Below, one piece after another: positions 24,715 through 32,142 of a stretch of DNA of 41,547 nucleotides. The notes under the pieces are model-generated. The model made no database searches, was not told the DNA's origin, and was given only the letters and a program-made list of their open reading frames with translations. The DNA lies in IMG/VR virus record IMGVR_UViG_3300045988_165964, positions 1 through 41,547 of that record. One strand, given 5' to 3'. Positions within the stretch are counted from its first letter, which is position 1, and each line of letters begins with the position of its first letter. The translations under genes and the position numbers were made by a program. The stretch is from a virus.

Positions 24715-25660
24715 ATGTTACAAATTCCTTATATTTCTCTTTACGAATACCTTTCCAACCGTTTAATTCTCCCAAAATCTCATGAGGGACATTTTTATAT
24801 CTAATCTCAAATAATTGATTCCATATGTAATCAAATTCAGGAAGAACTTTCTTGTAAGTATTTAATTCTTGTAATCTTCTGTCTGTATAATATTCCAGAT
24901 ATCTAATTTGTTTATACAATTTGAAATAGCTACATAAATATCCTACAATTCTTGCAAAGTTTGTCTTATATCCCAATTTATTCTCTGTATAGATTATTAT
25001 TTGTTGTAAGAGATATTCTAATTCTTTTATTTCTGATTTAGTGAGATTTCTACCTTGTTTTCTGATTTCATAAGCCAAATCATCACGATAAGAAATAACA
25101 AAGATAGATTGTGCACAGGTCTTGCAAGAATTCCAATCAAGATATGCTTCAGGAGTTAGGTCTAACCCCAAAAAATTATAAACAGATTCCATAAACAATA
25201 GAGCTGAAAATCTTCCACAGTAATAAATTGAAGTAAACCAATTATACAAAGCCGTTTGAGATTGATTTATCAAAGACATAATGACTTCATATTGCGAACG
25301 GTTATCAATTTTATTTTGATAAGAAGATACAATTGAAACAAACTTATCATTTTGTTTTACCCAGCGTCTGTCCGATTGAAATATCAATCTATCTTTATAG
25401 ATATTCCAAAATTCAGTCAATTTATCAATTGTTGCATCTTTGATTGAGGGAAATATTCGTAATAGTAAAGCTGATGTTGTTACAGAGTAACATGTCGAAT
25501 ACAAAAAAGATGCCCATATCTTAGACTCATTGTCATTACCTTGACAAAAATGTAAAAGATTATCCTCATCCCTGTCGTTTTGATTTTTTCGCTTAGAATA
25601 AAATCTCACAAACATATCTATTCGAAAACTCTTGTAATCATCATTAGGAATATTGTACAT
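24701..25660 (-). CDS. large helical protein, candidate aGPT-Pplase-like base transferase
   Basis: 319 aa, translationally coupled to the P-loop kinase gene. Assignment by context and vague motif memory only. Confidence 0.35.
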   Translation of the reverse strand: MYNIPNDDYKSFRIDMFVRFYSKRKNQNDRDEDNLLHFCQGNDNESKIWASFLYSTCYSVTTSALLLRIFPSIKDATIDKLTEFWNIYKDRLIFQSDRRWVKQNDKFVSIVSSYQNKIDNRSQYEVIMSLINQSQTALYNWFTSIYYCGRFSALLFMESVYNFLGLDLTPEAYLDWNSCKTCAQSIFVISYRDDLAYEIRKQGRNLTKSEIKELEYLLQQIIIYTENKLGYKTNFARIVGYLCSYFKLYKQIRYLEYYTDRRLQELNTYKKVLPEFDYIWNQLFEIRYKNVPHEILGELNGWKGIRKEKYKEFVTYGTF

Positions 25661-25664
25661 GTTA

Positions 25665-26249
25665 TTATTTCATCCACGGAGGAAGATTACCCTGAGGAGC
25701 GTTGTTAGCAGGAGCAGCTTTTTGCATCCACGGAGGAAGATTACCCTGAGGTGCTTGAGTAGCCTGAGGAATTTCCTGCTGAATCGGTTGAGGCTGTACA
25801 GGAGCGGGAGCTACGGGTTGCTGAGGCATAACCTGTTGAACAGGAGTTTCAACCGCAGGAGCAGTATACGGAGCCTCAGCCGTGGTATTTGCCAGTTTCG
25901 ATACTCTGGTAATAACTTGCTTGGTGTTATCGTTTAAGTCGGGTTCTACGGTTATCTGACAGGTTTTACCGATGATAGCCTTGGTGTTCAGTTTGATTCT
26001 TCCCTCACAAGGGATGCCGATACATTCAAGAAAACCTTTGACTTTCCACAAAGCCTGAGGAAGAAGATTGTACCACATTTTACGGGTTGCTCCGTCAGCG
26101 GTTTCAAAGGTTACTTCGAGTTGATCCGAGCCTGTAGATGCTTTGCTGAATTGAGCATCTTTTACTCTTACCGTGTGAATTCCTTCCGGAATGTAGTTAG
26201 TGCTTTCGACTCCTGTGAAGTCAAGATCCATAACAGAATAATTTGCCAT
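25665..26249 (-). CDS. DUF669-like ssDNA-binding protein with P/Q-rich tail
   Basis: 194 aa, SD AAGGAGA. Lies downstream of a Sak4-like ATPase. The N-terminal OB-size domain is followed by a low-complexity PQ tail ending in a duplicated APQGNLPPWM motif. Confidence 0.6.
   Translation of the reverse strand: MANYSVMDLDFTGVESTNYIPEGIHTVRVKDAQFSKASTGSDQLEVTFETADGATRKMWYNLLPQALWKVKGFLECIGIPCEGRIKLNTKAIIGKTCQITVEPDLNDNTKQVITRVSKLANTTAEAPYTAPAVETPVQQVMPQQPVAPAPVQPQPIQQEIPQATQAPQGNLPPWMQKAAPANNAPQGNLPPWMK
25671..25751 (-). repeat. 27-bp direct repeat x2 (period 54 bp) encoding PQGNLPPWM twice
   Basis: CATCCACGGAGGAAGATTACCCTGAGG occurs at 25671-25697 and 25725-25751, identical copies. Confidence 0.95.
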
Positions 26250-26263
26250 AATTGTTTATCTCC

Positions 26264-26386
26264 TTATTTAATATCTATTCTAATTATCTTGCCACATTTA
26301 TAGACTATGACATTGTCTTTTGTTAAACTTGCGGCAAACCCTGATCTTATAAGATCTACCGCTTTAATAAGCCATTCTGTATCCAT
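26264..26386 (-). CDS. small ORF (40 aa), not in the ORF track
   Basis: MDTEWLIKAVDLIRSGFAASLTKDNVIVYKCGKIIRIDIK exactly fills the gap between the Sak4-like and DUF669-like genes. Confidence 0.35.
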   Translation of the reverse strand: MDTEWLIKAVDLIRSGFAASLTKDNVIVYKCGKIIRIDIK

Positions 26387-26387
26387 A

Positions 26388-27143
26388 TCACAACTCCGAA
26401 TAATATTGTTTTAAGGCTTTGAATGCCTCACCTTTTTGGACTACTATATACGGGGGAAGTCCATCTGCCCCACCTTGACCCTTGATCCAGTAATAAGCAT
26501 TCAAAGGGTTGATATCGATAGCATAGCAAGAATAGGACTTGCCTGATGCGGGATCGGTGTACTGCTTAATACTCGTATGGAAAGCATAATTCAGCATTCC
26601 CACAAGATACTTCTGAATTGTCGGACCAGCGTTTACTCCGACTTCCGGAACAAGCTCATCTTCATAACCCTCAAGGACACTCATCCTTTCGTGGAATTCA
26701 AGAATAATTCTTTTTCCGTTTTGAGACAACTCGGCACATTTGGCTATAACCGAATTGACCCGAGCATTGTGCTCCGCCCACAGATCCTGATTCATATGGG
26801 CTTTTCTTTTTTCCGCCATAAGTTGTGCGGGGTGATTATCTATCCAGACTGAGAAAGTGCTGAAAACATAAGTTCTCTCTACTCCGTCATCCGGAAGATT
26901 CTTAATGCTATCCAACAACTCAATAAGCTGCTGAGAAGAATAACCCGTTGCATCCATATAAGGAATATCGGGATAGTCTGCTTTAATAGCATTCAAGCCT
27001 TTGTCGTCGAAGATAATGAATACAGGGTTGGGAAATGATGCTGAAACGGTCGTTTTGCCTGAACTACCACGACCGTACAAACCAATCAATTTTCCGCCAG
27101 TAAACGACTTCAACGGTTTGCATTGACTCCAAAAGTCAATCAT
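26388..27143 (-). CDS. Sak4-like RecA-fold ATPase (AAA_24-like)
   Basis: 251 aa, Walker A GLYGRGSSGKTT, SD GAGGAGG. ATGA overlap with the nuclease gene. Confidence 0.7.
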   Translation of the reverse strand: MIDFWSQCKPLKSFTGGKLIGLYGRGSSGKTTVSASFPNPVFIIFDDKGLNAIKADYPDIPYMDATGYSSQQLIELLDSIKNLPDDGVERTYVFSTFSVWIDNHPAQLMAEKRKAHMNQDLWAEHNARVNSVIAKCAELSQNGKRIILEFHERMSVLEGYEDELVPEVGVNAGPTIQKYLVGMLNYAFHTSIKQYTDPASGKSYSCYAIDINPLNAYYWIKGQGGADGLPPYIVVQKGEAFKALKQYYSEL

Positions 27144-28222
27144 TTGTTTGCCTCCTCTTTGAATTTTTTATAAGTAACGCAATTTGCGATACATCCTTGA
27201 TAATCAGGTTCTACTCCGCAAGTCTCAGCCAATTTTTGACAAGCCTTACATTCCGGAGTTTGACAATACTGAGCAAATAGCTTTTGCTCCCTTTGTTCAG
27301 GAGTAGTGTAATAGAGTTGTTTGGTATACTCCACATCTCCGCCTGTTAATTCAGTTTGGCATAAGTTTTTGAAACCACACCAATCACAATCTCTTCCAAG
27401 ACTCTTGGGGCAAACCTTACACTTGCTGATTTCATCTACGGTTTGAACAAAGTCTACCCAAACGCTCTCTACAACCGAGGGAATTACGGGAGTAATGTAA
27501 CGATCTATGAAATTCTTATAATTGTCTTTGATTTCTTCATAGATATCTTGAGGAATATCCTCAACACCTGCTTTGGCGAATGAATAAAGAGTTTGATCCC
27601 CGTATTGTTTACCAAATTGTCCACTTTTAAGGACTCTTGGCGGTTGAGGAGCCGAAGTCTTTATCATATCCCAAATGACACCGACGATATTATAACCATA
27701 ATGTTCATTAAGGACTTTGATATACAAGCAAGTCTGAGCGTTCAGCCAAGTTTGATCAAGTGACATCTTATTAGATTTGAAAGATTTATGCTCCATAAGA
27801 TATTGCTTTCCATCTAACTCACAGATGGCGTCGGCAATACCGATAAAGCGTTTTCTTCCCCGTATCTTACAGTCAATCTTCAATTCGGTTTTAAGATATT
27901 TGATGTTTTCATTTTGATATGCCCAGTCATATTGACTCATGATATCAAAACAACACTCCAAAAAATCTTCACCCAATTCAGCCTGATAATCTGCGGGCAT
28001 TGCTTCAAATTCTGCTCTAACCTTGGTATTGAGATACTCTTTCCAGTCTTCCCCGTTAGCTCGTAATTCTAAGAGCTTATGAATTGTAGAGCCCATATAC
28101 AAGGGTCTTTGAGGAGCTCGTAATTGAAGTCTATCTCTATAACGATATTCCCACTCTTTTTTACAACCACGGAAACAAGATACCTGAGAAATGCTATAAT
28201 ACTGTGGTTCTATTTTTGCCAT
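27140..28222 (-). CDS. PD-(D/E)XK exonuclease, Cas4/AddB-like with Fe-S cysteines
   Basis: 360 aa. IADAI...LMEHKS nuclease motifs, an N-terminal Cys (SCFRGC) plus CDWCGFKNLC (Cx2Cx5C), and an extra Cys-rich C-terminal extension. Confidence 0.7.
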   Translation of the reverse strand: MAKIEPQYYSISQVSCFRGCKKEWEYRYRDRLQLRAPQRPLYMGSTIHKLLELRANGEDWKEYLNTKVRAEFEAMPADYQAELGEDFLECCFDIMSQYDWAYQNENIKYLKTELKIDCKIRGRKRFIGIADAICELDGKQYLMEHKSFKSNKMSLDQTWLNAQTCLYIKVLNEHYGYNIVGVIWDMIKTSAPQPPRVLKSGQFGKQYGDQTLYSFAKAGVEDIPQDIYEEIKDNYKNFIDRYITPVIPSVVESVWVDFVQTVDEISKCKVCPKSLGRDCDWCGFKNLCQTELTGGDVEYTKQLYYTTPEQREQKLFAQYCQTPECKACQKLAETCGVEPDYQGCIANCVTYKKFKEEANK

Positions 28223-28249
28223 GTTTTACCTCCTATTTATATTTCAATT

Positions 28250-28280
28250 CCCCTGAGGGTTAGGGGAGATTTCTCTCCCC
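28250..28280 (-). promoter_or_regulatory. G/C-rich intercistronic hairpin(s)
   Basis: GGGGAGA (28263-28269) pairs with TCTCCCC (28274-28280). The alternative pairing CCCCT (28250-28254) with AGGGG (28262-28266) shares the same G-run. Confidence 0.45.
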
Positions 28281-28288
28281 CAGACCTT

Positions 28289-28384
28289 TCAGTCAAGACT
28301 TTCAATCAAAAACTCAAGAATTTGAGTATCTGTGAAACCCTTTTCCCTCGCCCAAGTAATGAGCGTTGTGAGAATTGTTTTCAT
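28289..28384 (-). CDS. small ORF (31 aa), not in the ORF track
   Basis: MKTILTTLITWAREKGFTDTQILEFLIESLD. Strong SD AAAGGAGG 9 nt upstream. First ORF after promoter P1. Confidence 0.45.
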   Translation of the reverse strand: MKTILTTLITWAREKGFTDTQILEFLIESLD

Positions 28385-28438
28385 TTTAACAGCCTCCTTT
28401 GTATATTCATTAAAGGTTCAACCCCTTTAACTGATATC

Positions 28439-28467
28439 ATTATACTACTTTCTAATCAAAAAGTAAA
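28439..28467 (-). promoter_or_regulatory. sigma-A-like promoter P1 (TTTACT-17-TATAAT on the - strand)
   Basis: -10 at 28439-28444, -35 at 28462-28467, conserved AAAAATAC upstream, TCTAAAA element at 28483-28489. One of four near-identical copies. Confidence 0.7.
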
Positions 28468-28495
28468 GTATTTTTTCGATGATTTTAGAAAAAAC

Positions 28496-30427
28496 TTAAC
28501 TTTTTTTAATACCGATATAGACTTGCTGATTTTCGTGTTTCATTTCTACAAAACCGAGTACTTCAAGATTTCGATAAAAATGTAACCGCTTATATGGCAC
28601 TCGATCGCCTTTTAAGCAAAATCGTGAATAATCTTCATATAGATCATCCTTGGCTATATAGTCAGCATAATTCCCTGTTTTTATAAGCTGCGTTGTAACA
28701 AATGAGTGAATACTGTCAGATTCGGATCTTAACCTTTCAGAAAGAGTGGCACTGTTTTTACTCGATTTAATTGCTTTCAAGCCTTTTAATCGCCTACACA
28801 AAACAGGTATCAAAGCAGAAATGCTTTCCGGACTGCAAAGGTCATCTACATATCTCTGAGTCAAAATAAGTTTTTGATCCATTTTAAGAATACGAATACG
28901 AGTATAGAAAGCATCAGATTTTTCTTCTAACTGTAAAGGCATCGTGTTGAAAGAAAACCAAAGTTTTGAAAATGGCGTGAAGAAATATGGCTTACAACCT
29001 TTATCTTCATACATTATTTCATCATTACCTGTAATCTTCTTTAGATTGCCTATATCATTAAGAGCGATGCTACTGTTATCAGCACAAGCATTTATGAGCT
29101 TATCTTTGAGTTGTGCAGGATAAAATCGTACTGCCATATCCTGTATAGAAAGAGCTGAAATATTCTGCTTACCAACTAATGCTGATACCATATTGATAAG
29201 CGTAGATTTTCCCGTATTTGACCCTCCTACAAGGCACAGAAAACACTTCAGATTATTGTTTACCGTTAAGCTGTAAGCGGTGTAATCTAAAAGCATGTTT
29301 ATGTCATCATTCGGTAATTTTGCTTGTCTAAGAAAATCTACAAACTGAATGTCATCAGGTCGCAATTCATTAGACAAATATTCATGAGGAATTTGTAGAG
29401 TACTCATAAACCGTGGATCATGCGGATACAGTGTTTGAGTCTCTATATCAAACATACCATTCTTAAAATTGATGAAATTCTTATAGGTGTTACACATTTT
29501 ATCTGTAACCGCTATACGCAAATCATCCATTAGAAGATTGAATATTTCATTGATTTGTCCCTGTTTTTGATATTTTGGGTCATCTATCAACCGTTTGATG
29601 ACATCCTTAACCGCCAATGAATTCGGAGTAAACACACCGTCTTGATAAAAATATACAATTCCTCCGAGAGTAAACATCGGATAATTCTCTATTGCATAAT
29701 CTACCAGAGCTTTATGATTGATTCCGCACACTCCTCCTTTATCATTGTACATCCTGAAATCAGGCTTATCAGAGTTAATATAAGGAGTATAGGAATTAGC
29801 ATGTTTTAGAATTCCCTCTAATTCATCCTCCGGAAGAGCCTCTCCCCACACATCTTCATTGATAATAGTAAGGATTGTACGAATTTGTTCTTCAGAGAAT
29901 TCAGCCTTTCTAAGACGCATTATGTGTCTTATCAGACTGTCATTTCTTCCGTCTCCTGCTTTTGCTCCTACGGTTATGAAGTCTTCTGTTTTTGAAGACA
30001 ATTTCAAGGGAGTCAGCCAGAAAGGAAGTTCTTCAACCTCACCGTCTACCCAATAACGATCTGTACAGTTATAAGGCAAAACACAGTAGCCTTTTCCAGC
30101 AGTACGAGTGTCTATTCGTAAGCCAATAGGAGTATGTCCTTTGACTATTTGAGGAATTCCTAAATTAGTCTTGAAATAGAAGTGCATTCCATGTGGAGTC
30201 TTACATTTCAGGGTCTGTGTGAGCCGATCCAAAATTTTGGCTTGATCTTCATCGTCTATATCGACTATAACGAATCCCTCAGGACACCATAAACCGATAT
30301 TCCCGCCAGTGGCTAACCACTTCTCCGCTTGTTCAGCGGGATAGACATTAGCATCTATCGCTTTTTTACCGTCACAGAGTTTGAAGTGATTATCCCCAAA
30401 TATTTCTACAAGTTGTTGTAAAGTCAT
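28496..30427 (-). CDS. bifunctional primase-polymerase / SF3 (D5/P4-type) helicase
   Basis: 643 aa. Prim-pol motifs VIVDIDDED and KTPHGMHFYF, central D5_N-like region, Walker A LVGGSNTGKST. Confidence 0.85.
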   Translation of the reverse strand: MTLQQLVEIFGDNHFKLCDGKKAIDANVYPAEQAEKWLATGGNIGLWCPEGFVIVDIDDEDQAKILDRLTQTLKCKTPHGMHFYFKTNLGIPQIVKGHTPIGLRIDTRTAGKGYCVLPYNCTDRYWVDGEVEELPFWLTPLKLSSKTEDFITVGAKAGDGRNDSLIRHIMRLRKAEFSEEQIRTILTIINEDVWGEALPEDELEGILKHANSYTPYINSDKPDFRMYNDKGGVCGINHKALVDYAIENYPMFTLGGIVYFYQDGVFTPNSLAVKDVIKRLIDDPKYQKQGQINEIFNLLMDDLRIAVTDKMCNTYKNFINFKNGMFDIETQTLYPHDPRFMSTLQIPHEYLSNELRPDDIQFVDFLRQAKLPNDDINMLLDYTAYSLTVNNNLKCFLCLVGGSNTGKSTLINMVSALVGKQNISALSIQDMAVRFYPAQLKDKLINACADNSSIALNDIGNLKKITGNDEIMYEDKGCKPYFFTPFSKLWFSFNTMPLQLEEKSDAFYTRIRILKMDQKLILTQRYVDDLCSPESISALIPVLCRRLKGLKAIKSSKNSATLSERLRSESDSIHSFVTTQLIKTGNYADYIAKDDLYEDYSRFCLKGDRVPYKRLHFYRNLEVLGFVEMKHENQQVYIGIKKS

Positions 30428-30435
30428 TTCAACCC

Positions 30436-30924
30436 TCAGTTATTTGTATCAGTTTCATCACAATTCCAATCTGCTATATGAATAACTTCTACTCCGTTAT
30501 CTTCGAATAGTTTAGCAGCATTTTCTGAAATAGGAAATTCTCTACCATAGACAACGGTTTTGATACCCGCAGATACAAGAGCATAGGCACAATTATCACA
30601 GGGATAACGAGTAACAAAAGCCGTAGCTCCTTTCAACTGTTCTTTACGCTCTTTAGGAACATGTAAAAGAGCATCAACCTCACTGTGTATAACTTTACAA
30701 ATTTCCCTATGTTCTTTAGAATTATCCCCGAAAAGTTTTACTCGTAAACAACCATCTTCTTTACAGTTTGTTCCACGGTTAGCACCCTTGGCTAAGACTG
30801 TACGCCAAGCAGTCTCTTCTATAAGATAACAGCCCACTGCGGTTTTAGTACAGGTTGTATTGTTTTTAGCATAATTGTCAGCAAGTGTCAAAATGTTTTT
30901 CATTTGACCTTTGGTGTATCTCAT
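30436..30924 (-). CDS. dCMP deaminase-family (CDA-fold) zinc deaminase
   Basis: 162 aa. HSEVDAL (H-x-E) and PCDNC (PCxxC) zinc motifs. Confidence 0.85.
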   Translation of the reverse strand: MRYTKGQMKNILTLADNYAKNNTTCTKTAVGCYLIEETAWRTVLAKGANRGTNCKEDGCLRVKLFGDNSKEHREICKVIHSEVDALLHVPKERKEQLKGATAFVTRYPCDNCAYALVSAGIKTVVYGREFPISENAAKLFEDNGVEVIHIADWNCDETDTNN

Positions 30925-30926
30925 AT

Positions 30927-31940
30927 TTATCTCTCCTTTGGGATATATTTATTTCTTGGTCTTCCCGTATTTGTTACCGCTCGGATATATTTACTGATTT
31001 CACAATGGCAATTCTGTAATGACATTACATTCATATAACGATCCTCTTTAGGAAGATCAGTGAATATTTCATCAGGATTCCACGGAAGTTCCAACCAATT
31101 ACAAATATCAACCCAATGATCCCTCAGCCAAAAAAGACTTTCTGCATAAGACATACCATCTTTATTTTTGAATATAAGATCAAGACTTCTACGAGCTCCG
31201 GGACCTGCTACAACGAATTCATTCTCACTCCACAATGATTCCGGACAATAAGTTACATCAACAAAAATTTGATATGCCAAGAAATAGCCTATTCCGTCAA
31301 GCGTTTGTAAAGTGTTAACAAACTCTTCCGCCGTTGTACAATTTCCCAAAGTTGCTATGAAATCTTCTTTATGATATAATTCTTCTATGTAGCGTATGAC
31401 CGCATATATGGGTTTGACTCCTTTCATCGGATCATAATAGGAAGAAATATATCCCAAAGCAGCACACATAGCACGCTTTACACCGCCTGTATTGAAAGCG
31501 TTTGTAAAGAAAGCATAATCATTTGGTTTACTTTCTACATATGTATGTATTTTATCCCAGTCAACTCCATTATCAAAATTGATGGGCATAAATTGCTTAC
31601 AAGTTTCACTTTTATTGATAACTCTAAAGAGAATCAAGTTACAGATTTTACTCGCCCAGCTCATAGCATCCTCAGGAATAGAGCATATATTATCTATAAC
31701 CCAACGAGTCTCACGATCATGTTCTCTACGAACATTTGTAAACCTATATTCTTGAAGAATAGGGTTATTTGTCCACGGAGCAGGACGCTTTTCAACATCT
31801 TTAAGAATATGAATTTTGTAGCGTTCTGTTACCCATGTATAGAGATGTTTGAAATTTTCTTCATTAATCTCTGCTTCGGCTTTTAAGATCCTATCTTTGT
31901 TACATCCCAAGTATGGAATATCATTTTGCTTATTGAGCAT
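30927..31940 (-). CDS. large helical protein, candidate aGPT-Pplase1-like DNA base hypermodification enzyme
   Basis: ATG at 31940 after GGAGA. The motif PAPWTNNPILQEYRFTNVRREHDRETRW and a later AGPGARRSL recall the family annotated as DNA base hypermodification proteins. From memory only. Confidence 0.45.
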   Translation of the reverse strand: MLNKQNDIPYLGCNKDRILKAEAEINEENFKHLYTWVTERYKIHILKDVEKRPAPWTNNPILQEYRFTNVRREHDRETRWVIDNICSIPEDAMSWASKICNLILFRVINKSETCKQFMPINFDNGVDWDKIHTYVESKPNDYAFFTNAFNTGGVKRAMCAALGYISSYYDPMKGVKPIYAVIRYIEELYHKEDFIATLGNCTTAEEFVNTLQTLDGIGYFLAYQIFVDVTYCPESLWSENEFVVAGPGARRSLDLIFKNKDGMSYAESLFWLRDHWVDICNWLELPWNPDEIFTDLPKEDRYMNVMSLQNCHCEISKYIRAVTNTGRPRNKYIPKER

Positions 31941-32142
31941 TTTTATCTCCTTCCTTGGTATAATTTTCACATAAGGTTATTATTCTCAATATAGAACACA
32001 AAGCTCCATAATCTTGATAGCAACCTTTACTGATTCCTTTAGAACACAGTTCATCTACGGTATTCTTAAAAGTATTGTAACCTTGTCCTGTTGTGTCTTT
32101 GAATTGATCTAACTCTTTTGTTAATTCTTCAATATTGTTCAT
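31930..32142 (-). CDS. hypothetical protein
   Basis: 70 aa, ATGA-type coupling to the upstream gene. Confidence 0.5.
   Translation of the reverse strand: MNNIEELTKELDQFKDTTGQGYNTFKNTVDELCSKGISKGCYQDYGALCSILRIITLCENYTKEGDKNAQ

Noticed and set aside
25653-25937. 94-aa + strand ORF with internal repeat HPRRKITLR
   Set aside because: It is the antisense reading of the duplicated 27-bp repeat inside the DUF669-like gene. The repeat is explained by the - strand coding sequence.
28124-28585. 153-aa + strand ORF spanning the nuclease start, an intergenic region and the primase end
   Set aside because: It crosses a - strand promoter and two - strand genes, with no SD. It is spurious.
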